IMG/VR virus record: IMGVR_UViG_3300045988_149468
Location: 1-64,000 of that record
DNA: 64,000 nt
Source of the DNA: a virus
Strand: one strand, 5' to 3'
Position 1 is the first letter of the stretch. Each line of letters begins with the position of its first letter. The notes beneath the pieces were generated by a model. That model was not told the origin of the DNA, did no database searches, and worked only from the letters and a program-made list of their open reading frames with translations. A program made the position numbers and the translations under genes. Shown in pieces: positions 17,500-25,903 of the stretch.

Positions 17500-17660
17500 C
17501 TCCCCTATTTCTCGTATTTGAATACCCTTTTGTCGTATTTAACTACCCCATTTATCGTATATAGTCCCCTATTTGTCGCATTTAAATCCCCTTTTTCTAG
17601 TTTATATTCCCCTAAAACTCGTATATAATCCCCCTTTTATCGTATTTAACTAACTCAAAT
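17500..17660. repeat. about seven 21-22-bp iterons (plasmid origin)
   Basis: The repeating unit is CCCC(T/A)nTT(T/A)TCGTAT(T/A)TnnAT. The TCGTAT-type cores sit near 17512, 17533, 17556, 17576, 17597, 17619 and 17640. Confidence 0.8.
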
Positions 17661-17971
17661 TAAGTAATATCAATATGTTTAAGTTGTCTAAATACTAGTA
17701 AAGACTATTAAATACTATATATAAATACTAAAGAAATACTAAGAAAAGGGGAAAATTACTTTACTTTTTTAATTATTTTTGTCAGAAATATTAAAAAATT
17801 TAGATTTTTCTTTAAAAAATGGTTGACATAATTGTAAAAATATGGTAAAATTATAATATAATAATCAATATTGTTTAAATTTTTATTATTATACGATAAA
17901 AAGGGGAGTTTAAGTTTAAAAACCTCAACAAATGATAACAATAATAAGTAGATGATGTGATAAAAATTATA

Positions 17972-18006
17972 TCAATATAGAAATTAATAACAGATTAAAC
18001 AGTAAA
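17972..18006 (+). repeat. 35-nt direct repeat, left copy, flanking the GH13 gene
   Basis: TCAATATAGAAATTAATAACAGATTAAACAGTAAA matches 19161-19195 with 2 mismatches and includes the box. Confidence 0.8.
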
Positions 18007-18089
18007 TAAGTGATAACCTTATAAAAGAAAGGATTGGTGATTATTTAATATGATAAATCTAAATAATTTAATTAAAAGAGGTGATTATT

Positions 18090-19169
18090 ATGCAGAATAA
18101 GAAAAGAATAATTTATGAATTATATTTTCCAGCTTTCTGTAGGGACTTTCAAGATTTAGCAAATAAAATACCATACTTTGTAGAATTAGGAGTTACTACT
18201 TTATGGTTAACTCCTATATTCCCAAGTCCAACAGAACATGGATACGACATTATCAATCATTTTGACATTAAAAAAGAATATGGTAGTTTTAGAGATTTTG
18301 ATAATTTTATTGAGAAAGCACATGAGAATGGGTTAGAAGTTTTATTAGATTTAGTACTATGTCACACAAGTTCAGAACATTTAATGTTTAAAGAATCTAT
18401 TCAAGGTAAAAACGATTGTTACTTTTGGAGCAACCATAAATTAGACGACACCTGGAAAATTTGTAATGAGAATAAACAGTATTATCTAGCCAAATGGTAT
18501 TACACGATGCCCCAACTGAATAATCAATCAGCACAAGTACGAGATTTAATAAAGGACATAATAAAGTTTTGGTTGGTAGATCATAATGTAGATGGATTTA
18601 GACTGGATGCAATAAAATATGCTAGTGGTGACCCAATAGAATTTTGGAAGTGGTTTTGTGAGGAGGTCTACAAAATAAAACCAAATGCTTATCTAGTTGG
18701 AGAGTGTTGGGAAACATTTGAAATAAGTAATGAATACGCTAAAGATACAGGAATGAAAACATTTAACTTTGAACAGGCAGGCTGGATAAAAAATGCAGTA
18801 TTACATGATGGTAGGTTTGAAGTTAAGAATGATATAAATAATGCAGTTATTTTTTTAGATAATCACGACATGACTAGAATAGCAGTAGATTGTAATTTTG
18901 ATACATTTAAGATTAAAAAATTATTAGAATTAATGTTTACATTTAAGAATAATGATATATGTATTTATTATGGAACTGAAATAGCAATGGGTGTCCCTAA
19001 TGGTCATGTGCATTGTGGAGGTTATGGAGATTTTCACTCAAGAACAAAAATGAACTGGCATGAAGTAGAAAGACAGAGAAGAGACCCAAATAGTATATTT
19101 AATTATATCAAAAAATTAATACATGAATATAAAAGTATAGGTAAAGATAGAATAGAAAATTCAATATAG
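18090..19169 (+). CDS. GH13 (alpha-amylase family) glycoside hydrolase, short form
   Basis: The four GH13 regions are 'LLDLVLCHTS' (I, N to C), 'DGFRLDAIKY' (II), 'YLVGECW' (III) and 'IFLDNHDMTR' (IV). The Asp/Glu/Asp catalytic residues are retained. No C-terminal domain is present. I prefer the ATG at 18090 (RBS GAGGTG) to the track start at 18081. Confidence 0.8.
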   Translation: MQNKKRIIYELYFPAFCRDFQDLANKIPYFVELGVTTLWLTPIFPSPTEHGYDIINHFDIKKEYGSFRDFDNFIEKAHENGLEVLLDLVLCHTSSEHLMFKESIQGKNDCYFWSNHKLDDTWKICNENKQYYLAKWYYTMPQLNNQSAQVRDLIKDIIKFWLVDHNVDGFRLDAIKYASGDPIEFWKWFCEEVYKIKPNAYLVGECWETFEISNEYAKDTGMKTFNFEQAGWIKNAVLHDGRFEVKNDINNAVIFLDNHDMTRIAVDCNFDTFKIKKLLELMFTFKNNDICIYYGTEIAMGVPNGHVHCGGYGDFHSRTKMNWHEVERQRRDPNSIFNYIKKLIHEYKSIGKDRIENSI

Positions 19170-19195
19170 AAATTAATAACAAATTAAATAGTAAA
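19161..19195 (+). repeat. 35-nt direct repeat, right copy
   Basis: See 17972-18006. It overlaps the GH13 stop codon. Confidence 0.8.
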
Positions 19196-19209
19196 GGTGG
19201 TAAAAAATT

Positions 19210-20448
19210 ATGTATATCAGAGGAAAATATGATAAAGAAGGAATTAATAATACAGCATACAATGATTATGTTAAAAAAATAAATAAAAGAATATCTAGCG
19301 TTGAAGAAGCTATTGAACAAACAAAGAAAATATTAAATATAGAAGAAATAGATAGCCAACAATTTTCAGATGATTTTTGGGGAACTATATTTACTCAACA
19401 AGATGATAAAGATGAATTAGGTTGTGTCAAATTATGTATAAACACATCAGAGCCATTATATAGTGATTTAATGATATCTAAATCATTAGAAGCATTTGGT
19501 AGTTTAATACTAGATCAAGATATTGAAGGAATGAAAGATAGTAGAGGAAGGAAAATAAGATTATACAATAGTAAAGAAGAATTTGATAGAGCTGAAAAGA
19601 ATGAAAAGAAAAATTATATGCTAGCTTTAAAAAATGGTGGAGAGAATATTAATACAGCAGATAATAATCAAGAATTTGCTATGTTAATGATTCCTAAAAA
19701 TTATAAAGAAGTTAAAACATATGATGTTAGTAATGTAAATGCTATTGATAAACAATATGGTAAAGATTATCCAATAATACATGAATATTGTGAAGGTTAT
19801 AGAGTATTAAATGAAAAAAGAAAACGTATAAAAGAATTATTGAGTGATGAAAATACAGAAAATAAAGATGAATTACTTAAATTAACAAAAGCAATATGTA
19901 GACAATTAGGAGAAATGAAAAAAGATATAAATGTAGCTTTAAAAGAATTAGTTAGACCAATAATATGGAAACAACCATTAAAAGATAGTGGTGAAGCTGA
20001 TTATAATCAATTTGATTTCTTTGATAAAAAACAAGTGAGAGAATTATTAAAAATAAAAAAAGGGAAGAATGATTTTCAAAATGATTTAAGTTGTATTCTT
20101 TATGATTTAGAAAAACTAATAGAAAAATGTGATTTCAATGAAAAGCATTATGCAATATTAGATATGTTACAGAATGGATTAGAGCAACAACAAATTGGTG
20201 AAATATTAGGTGTTAGTAAACAAAATATAAATTCAGCATTAAATGTAATGCTTAAAATGATAATCAATGAATATGAAAAACAATATACAAATTGGTATTA
20301 TCTAAACAAGGTAAAAGGTACATATAAGAAATGTTGTAGATGTGGAGAGATAAAATTAGTACAAGAATTTGATGTTGATAAGAATCTTAAATCTGGAATA
20401 AAAAGTGCTTGTAAAGAATGTAGAAAAAAAGATTATAAGAAAAAATAA
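19210..20448 (+). CDS. putative transcription regulator with a sigma-70 region-4-like HTH and a C-terminal zinc ribbon
   Basis: 'HYAILDMLQNGLEQQQIGEILGVSKQNINSALNVMLKMI' looks like a sigma region 4.2/LuxR-type HTH. The C-terminus has 'CCRCGE...CKEC'. Confidence 0.45.
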   Translation: MYIRGKYDKEGINNTAYNDYVKKINKRISSVEEAIEQTKKILNIEEIDSQQFSDDFWGTIFTQQDDKDELGCVKLCINTSEPLYSDLMISKSLEAFGSLILDQDIEGMKDSRGRKIRLYNSKEEFDRAEKNEKKNYMLALKNGGENINTADNNQEFAMLMIPKNYKEVKTYDVSNVNAIDKQYGKDYPIIHEYCEGYRVLNEKRKRIKELLSDENTENKDELLKLTKAICRQLGEMKKDINVALKELVRPIIWKQPLKDSGEADYNQFDFFDKKQVRELLKIKKGKNDFQNDLSCILYDLEKLIEKCDFNEKHYAILDMLQNGLEQQQIGEILGVSKQNINSALNVMLKMIINEYEKQYTNWYYLNKVKGTYKKCCRCGEIKLVQEFDVDKNLKSGIKSACKECRKKDYKKK

Positions 20449-20549
20449 GATTAATCTTAAACCAAATTTTGTCTACTACAATAATTTTAATCTCTTATAT
20501 AGAGTGAAAGGAGGATTAAATTCCTCCTAATTACTTTGAAAGGAGATTT

Positions 20550-21791
20550 TTGCACATGACAGAGAAAGGATGTGGGGTAATGAGAGGAAATAAATATCTA
20601 AGTGAGATAATGAAAGATATTAAATTAAGTGAAGATGAAAATAATTTAATATTAGCACCAATAGGTTGTGGAAAAACATATTATTGTGTAAATGTTTTAA
20701 TGAAAGATTTAAGTAAAAAATATTTATATTTATGTGACAATAATAATTTAAAAGATCAACTACTAAATGAAGTCTTTACTTATTCCACTAATAAAGAAAC
20801 TGTAGTTATGAAAGAATTTCAAAATATATTGGTTATGACATATAAGGAATTTGGTCATAAAATATTATATGATATAAATGAAGATTTTTCTTCACGATTT
20901 GATTTAATAGTTGCTGATGAAATACATAGCGCAATAGAATATAGTGAATTTAATCAAGATAGAGATTTAAGTTCTGCACTATTCTTTTTATTTAGAAAAC
21001 ATTTAGGAACTCCTATAATAATGATGACGGCAACAAATTATTATTTAGAATTAATGACAAGAAAATATCCACAATTAGAAAATTTTAATATAATAGATTT
21101 ATTAAAAAATAAACAAATAAAAAGATATATAGATAAAGTTAAATTATATATCAACAATATATCACAAATAAAGTTTTATCTTCAACAATCACTAGATGGT
21201 TTTATGTATGGTGGTATGAAGGCAGGGATATATACAAGACAAATAACAGATATGAAAAGAATTGAAAATATGTGTATTGACTTAGGATTAAAACCAATTT
21301 GTGTATGGTCAAGAAATAATGAAAAATATCCATTAAATGAAGAACAAATAAATTTTATGGATGAATTATTAAAAACTGGGCAAATGAAAGAACCTTATAA
21401 TATATTTATATTTAATAAGTCAAGTGAAACAGGAATTAATATAACAGATGATGCCGTTGATTTATGTATTGTTAATAGTATTAATATAACTGAACAAATT
21501 CAAGCAAGAGGACGTTTTAGAAAAGATTTAAATTTAATTATAGTTAAAACTAAAGAAAGAGCATTACCACCAATGACCATAACTTTAGATGAAAAATATT
21601 TAAATAAATGGATAATAGTTAATGAAATACAAGAAATAATAAAAGGATTAAATTTAGTTAATGAAAAAGGCAATAAAATAGGTTTAAGTACTTTTGTTAA
21701 AATATTAGAAGAAAGTCATTATAAAGTTATTAAAAAAAGAAAATCAATTAATAAAATTAGAGATACATATTATTTTATACATAAGATTTAA
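20550..21791 (+). CDS. small SF2 (DEAD/DEAH-like) helicase/ATPase
   Basis: Motifs are Walker A 'APIGCGKTY', motif II 'VADEIH', motif III 'MMTAT' and motif VI 'QARGRFRK'. I recognise no nuclease domain. Confidence 0.65.
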   Translation: MHMTEKGCGVMRGNKYLSEIMKDIKLSEDENNLILAPIGCGKTYYCVNVLMKDLSKKYLYLCDNNNLKDQLLNEVFTYSTNKETVVMKEFQNILVMTYKEFGHKILYDINEDFSSRFDLIVADEIHSAIEYSEFNQDRDLSSALFFLFRKHLGTPIIMMTATNYYLELMTRKYPQLENFNIIDLLKNKQIKRYIDKVKLYINNISQIKFYLQQSLDGFMYGGMKAGIYTRQITDMKRIENMCIDLGLKPICVWSRNNEKYPLNEEQINFMDELLKTGQMKEPYNIFIFNKSSETGINITDDAVDLCIVNSINITEQIQARGRFRKDLNLIIVKTKERALPPMTITLDEKYLNKWIIVNEIQEIIKGLNLVNEKGNKIGLSTFVKILEESHYKVIKKRKSINKIRDTYYFIHKI

Positions 21792-21858
21792 CTTTATTTG
21801 ATTGATGCCAAGAACTACCTAACTACAAATACAATTAGGGAGTTTATGGCATTTTAAT

Positions 21859-22012
21859 CCCCTCTTTCCGATTTATGGGAAGGGGGGAAGTGAAATACTT
21901 AATGGTTTTTATTAAGTATGAACTAGGGGGAATAGGAAATAATATATACCCCTCCTTCGTTCAAGTTGATAAAGACCATCAACTTTTCACTACTTTCCCC
22001 TAAAAGGGGAAA
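21859..22012 (+). other. cluster of G+C-rich hairpins in the helicase-methylase spacer
   Basis: The hairpins are at 21859-21887 (CCCCTCTTTCC/GGAAGGGGGG), 21895-21919 (ATACTTAAT/ATTAAGTAT), 21965-21983 (GTTGAT/ATCAAC) and 21994-22012 (TTTCCCC/GGGGAAA). Confidence 0.5.
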
Positions 22013-22089
22013 CATATTAATAATCATTGACAATAAATAACAAATATTATAATATATAAATATAGAAATTAATAAGAGGAGATGATATT

Positions 22090-24063
22090 ATGTATGAATT
22101 TAACTGGGAAGGAAAAGAATTAGCTTATAAATTAGCACAAACTCCTTCGACAGGGACTTTAATACCAGATAAAGAGGGCAGCAAGAATTGGGATAATACA
22201 GAGAATCTTTATATTGAGGGGGATAATTTAGAGGTATTGAAATTACTTTTAAAATCATATTTTGATAAATTAGATTTAATATTTATAGATCCACCATATA
22301 ATACAGGGACAGATATAATATATAAAAATAATTTTGCTGATCCTATAAAATATTATAAATTTATAACCGGCCAAGTTTCAGATGATGGAAAAAGTATAAA
22401 AACTAATACTGAGAGTAATGGAAGATATCATACTGACTGGGTTAATATGATGTACTCTCGATTAAAAATATCTAGAAATCTTTTGAAAAGAGAAGGTATT
22501 TTTTGTATCTCTATTGATCATAATGAGGTTTTTAATTTAGGAAAAATTTGTGATGAGGTTTTTGGAGAAGATAATCGTATCGCCATAATTTCAGTAGTTC
22601 ATAAGCCAGAGGGTAGAAATCAAGCAAAATTTATAGGGCCTAGTAATGAATATTTATTTGTTTATGCAAAAAATATTTCTTATGTCAAGCTTCAAAGAGT
22701 TGTATTAGATGAAGAGTTAGCTAAGCAATTTGAATTCGAGGATGATAATGGTAGTTACAAGTTAAAAAACTTTATTAGATTATCAGATGGAAAGTATAGT
22801 TTAAGACAATCAAAGCCAGCCTTTTGGTATCCTATTTATGTGAGCAATGATTTAAAAAATTTATCATTAGATTATTTTGAAGGTTCTTCTGCTGTTTATC
22901 CTATAACTATTCAAGGAATAGAAAGAACATGGAAAACAACAAAAGATACATTTATAGAGCGATATAATAAAGGCAATATAATTGCAAAAAGAGAAAATGA
23001 TAATATAATAATTTATGAAAAACTACGTCAAGATGAAGTAATAAAAACTCATTGGGTAAATAAAAAGTATCATGGTTTTCACTTTGGAACAAAGGTATTA
23101 GATGATTTGTTAAAAGTAAAGACATTTGATTTTCCAAAATCACTATATTTAATGAAAGATATAATTAAGTTGTTCTGTAATAAAAATGGATTAATATTAG
23201 ATTTCTTTTCTGGTTCTGCTACAACATGTCATGCAGCTATGGAATTAAATGTAGAGGATAATGGTAATCGTAAATTTATAGCCGTTCAGTTGCCTGAAAA
23301 AATAGATGAAAAAAGTGAAGCATATAAAGCAGGTTACAAAAATATCTGTGAAATAGGAAAAGAACGTATAAGAAGAGCGGGCAATAAGATAGTCTCAGAA
23401 AACAAAGACAAAGAAGGAATAGAAAATCTAGATATAGGATTTAAAGTATTTAAGTTAGTTTATAATAAAGGAGATAATAAAATGTATAATGCGAAATTAA
23501 TAGAACTGTCAAATAAAACCAATATAATGTATAGAGGACATCAGATATATGAATTAAAAGATGTATATTTTTATGTATTACAAACCGAAGAAGAGTATAT
23601 TCAATGGAGATACAAAAATGATATATTTTGGAATATGGAACATAGTGAAGAATTTTATAATAGATTAATGAATCCAATGAAGATTGAAATATTAACAAAT
23701 AAAAAACCAAAAGAATTAAAAGGTAAAAAGAAAATAGCAACAATTAATAAAGATGCAGATTATAAAGTACAAGTATTTATCGATGATGATTATAATTTAT
23801 ATTATCAAGATAATCATGCTTTCGCTAGTTGTGAATCAAAAATAGTAGATAACAAAGTTGAGACAGCATGGAATAGTTGCAAGTGTTGGTTTAAGATAAT
23901 TGGTTTATATGAATGTAGAAATAATCACATAGTTGACATTCTAAGAGACTTAAATAGTTATAGTGAATATTTATATCCTAAAAATAATGTAGCTGATAAT
24001 GTGATGTTAAGTAGATTATATGAGCAAATGGTCAATGTATATTTAGATTATGTAAATAATTAA
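22090..24063 (+). CDS. N6-adenine/N4-cytosine DNA methyltransferase, Type III Mod-like, with a ~200-aa C-terminal extension
   Basis: 'EGDNLEVLKLLLKSYFDKLDLIFIDPPYNTG' carries motif IV (DPPY) and 'LDFFSGSATTCHA' is motif I. This beta-class order matches Type III Mod proteins. Confidence 0.8.
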   Translation: MYEFNWEGKELAYKLAQTPSTGTLIPDKEGSKNWDNTENLYIEGDNLEVLKLLLKSYFDKLDLIFIDPPYNTGTDIIYKNNFADPIKYYKFITGQVSDDGKSIKTNTESNGRYHTDWVNMMYSRLKISRNLLKREGIFCISIDHNEVFNLGKICDEVFGEDNRIAIISVVHKPEGRNQAKFIGPSNEYLFVYAKNISYVKLQRVVLDEELAKQFEFEDDNGSYKLKNFIRLSDGKYSLRQSKPAFWYPIYVSNDLKNLSLDYFEGSSAVYPITIQGIERTWKTTKDTFIERYNKGNIIAKRENDNIIIYEKLRQDEVIKTHWVNKKYHGFHFGTKVLDDLLKVKTFDFPKSLYLMKDIIKLFCNKNGLILDFFSGSATTCHAAMELNVEDNGNRKFIAVQLPEKIDEKSEAYKAGYKNICEIGKERIRRAGNKIVSENKDKEGIENLDIGFKVFKLVYNKGDNKMYNAKLIELSNKTNIMYRGHQIYELKDVYFYVLQTEEEYIQWRYKNDIFWNMEHSEEFYNRLMNPMKIEILTNKKPKELKGKKKIATINKDADYKVQVFIDDDYNLYYQDNHAFASCESKIVDNKVETAWNSCKCWFKIIGLYECRNNHIVDILRDLNSYSEYLYPKNNVADNVMLSRLYEQMVNVYLDYVNN

Positions 24064-24368
24064 TAAAAATCAAAGGAGTGTAACATACATAATAATCCCC
24101 CTAAAGCAATCTAAGAGAGGTTTTAATGCTTTAAACGAATAAATTATCATTAACATATATAGAACATCTTATAGACGAAATTAGACGTATTATTTTTGAA
24201 TCATACAAAAAACATTGGAATTAAAACAAAATATGTTTACCGAAGTTGTCTTAATTCATTATAGTACATGAAGGATAACAGAAAATGTTGATTCTTCAAT
24301 GATTTCTATATATAAAATTTTTGTTTATTTTTACAGTGAGAAAAAATTAAGAAAAGGAGATTAAGATT

Positions 24369-24677
24369 ATGTTTAAAAAAGATGTTATTAAAAAATTTCA
24401 AGAAGTAGCTGAAAGAGTAGATATGAAATTATCACAAGAAGCTATAAGTAATATATTAGATATATTATCAGTTACAACAAAAGAATGTTACAAGGAATTA
24501 GAAATAGGTGAAAAAGTTACAATAGGTGAATTTATTTTAGAAAAGAAAGAAGTTAAAGAACAAACTAGAAAATGCACACTTCCTGGTAAAGAAGGAGAAT
24601 ATACAACTCCAGCACATACTAAACCAATGGGAAAATTAACTACTAAATTTAAAAAAGAAAATAAAGAATTTTTATAA
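24369..24677 (+). CDS. divergent HU/IHF-like DNA-binding protein
   Basis: It is 102 aa. '...VTIGEFILEKKEVKEQTRKCTLPGKEGEYTTPAHTKPMGKLTTKFKKE' resembles the HU beta-arm region. Confidence 0.5.
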   Translation: MFKKDVIKKFQEVAERVDMKLSQEAISNILDILSVTTKECYKELEIGEKVTIGEFILEKKEVKEQTRKCTLPGKEGEYTTPAHTKPMGKLTTKFKKENKEFL

Positions 24678-24734
24678 AAACTATTGACAAATAAAATATT
24701 ATATTATATAATATAAATATATAAATTAATAATC

Positions 24735-25250
24735 TAAAACATGAGCTGAAAAGCAATGGAATTTAAATTATTAATTCAATCCATCAAAGGCTATGTTCTT
24801 TAAAAGATTATCCTCAAATGTGATGGAATTACAATAGGGGTAAATCAAGAAAACCCACCAATGTTCCACGGGAAACTTGAGTGCATATTAGCAGATATGT
24901 ATTGTACGAGTAAGTGAGTGTTATTGTTAGCTATAATCTTACAAAAGAAAACCCCTTGCCCTAACAAGTAAAGTTGAGGGATAATTCGTACAAACTTGTG
25001 CAATGGTAAAGTATAAGAATAAATTAGTCGATTTCACCAAGTCTGTTGGTGTGCATAAATCGTCAAGCCTTTTACAAGGAATTTCAGCTTAACCAATTGA
25101 GCTATATCAAGTGGAATTTAAAGGTAATCCATGCTACCTTCACATACTAGTTAGTGTAAATTGCATGGAAATATTTAGACGTTAAAATTTTAATATTTTA
25201 AAATAATTCATTATTTTTCTACATTATTACTGTGGTGGGTAATATGTAGT
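24735..25250 (+). ncRNA. promoter-driven ORF-less transcript upstream of the tRNA region
   Basis: A TTGACA/TATAAT promoter (about 24676-24710) and the box (24716-24732) are followed by ~500 nt with no RBS or ORF. The stretch has many hairpins (e.g. CACCAA-GTCTG-TTGGTG, CCCTAAC.../...GTTGAGGG). It contains a D-arm-like tRNA fragment on the opposite strand (about 25085-25112). Confidence 0.4.
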
Positions 25251-25256
25251 CTTTGT

Positions 25257-25317
25257 GTTCCGATAGTTTAACTGGTAAAACTAATTCAAGATTTGGGTTC
25301 GAATCCCATGAGGAACT
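25257..25317 (+). pseudogene. tRNA-like element lacking an anticodon arm
   Basis: It has an acceptor-like end (GTTCC...GGAAC), a D-arm (GTTT-AACTGGTA-AAAC) and a T-arm (GGG-TTCGAAT-CCC). Only ~11 nt lie where the 17-nt anticodon arm should be. Confidence 0.35.
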
Positions 25318-25329
25318 ATAATAATTTGT

Positions 25330-25446
25330 CTATTCGAGGTATAATTAATTTAATTTAGTTCATTTTATAACTCCCTTTTATTTATTTTTATACCTTCCTA
25401 TATTATTTTTTTGTATTACCTCTTTTTAATAAAATACCTCGAATAG
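25330..25446 (+). repeat. 13-bp inverted repeat closing a pyrimidine-rich ~90-nt loop
   Basis: CTATTCGAGGTAT (25330-25342) pairs with ATACCTCGAATAG (25434-25446). The loop contains CTCCC, CCTTCC and ACCTCT strings. Confidence 0.6.
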
Positions 25447-25458
25447 TATTCCTTTTAT

Positions 25459-25534
25459 ACAGATGTAGTTTAATTGATAAAATATCTGACTCCAAATCAG
25501 AATGATGTAGGTTTGAATCCTACTGTCTGTGCCA
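25459..25534 (+). tRNA. trnW: tRNA-Trp (anticodon CCA) with encoded CCA end
   Basis: I folded a full cloverleaf by hand. It has a 7-bp acceptor (two G-U pairs), a D-arm, the anticodon arm TCTGA-CTCCAAA-TCAGA, the T-arm GTAGG-TTTGAAT-CCTAC, discriminator G and CCA. Confidence 0.8.
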
Positions 25535-25590
25535 TTTCAAATTGCAAGTCTTACTTGTATCTAAATATAATTCAGAGGAGATTGAGAAAA

Positions 25591-25857
25591 ATGAAAAAAC
25601 AAAATAAATTAACATTAAAAAATGCTAGTATTAAAGAAGAAAATGAAAAGGTGTTTGTAGTTGAATATAAGAAAGATATACCTTCTTTTTCAATGAATTT
25701 TGAAGAATTATGCGATGATATAAAGAAATTAGGTAATGTTAAATTAGCTATATCATCTGAAGATGCATTAGATTCTGATAGTGCTATTGAATTATTAAAA
25801 TTATTTGTTGGAAAAGTTGGAATAAATTTGCAAATCGTAGCTGATGAAGAATACTAG
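25591..25857 (+). CDS. hypothetical protein (88 aa)
   Basis: ATG at 25591 follows a GAGGAG RBS. The track ORF 25474..25857 begins inside the tRNA gene, so I discard its N-terminal part. Confidence 0.5.
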   Translation: MKKQNKLTLKNASIKEENEKVFVVEYKKDIPSFSMNFEELCDDIKKLGNVKLAISSEDALDSDSAIELLKLFVGKVGINLQIVADEEY

Positions 25858-25903
25858 AATATAGAAATTAATAAGAGAGATTGATTATAAAGGGGATTAT
25901 ATT

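Noticed and set aside
21746-21754. AATTAATAA cores inside CDS (about 21746 in the helicase gene and about 23743 in the methylase gene) as additional box copies
   Set aside because: They lack the AATATRNW 5' half. The 9-mer alone is expected by chance at this base composition.
20550-24063. A complete Type III restriction-modification system
   Set aside because: The helicase is upstream of mod, is only 413 aa and shows no endonuclease motif. No Res-sized ORF follows the methylase.
25257-25317. A second functional tRNA gene
   Set aside because: The anticodon arm cannot be formed: about 11 nt lie where 17 are needed. The acceptor stem has two mismatches. I keep it only as a tRNA-like element or pseudogene.
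25474-25590. The N-terminal 39 codons of track ORF 25474..25857
   Set aside because: This part overlaps the tRNA-Trp gene and has no RBS. A proper GAGGAG RBS and ATG occur at 25591.
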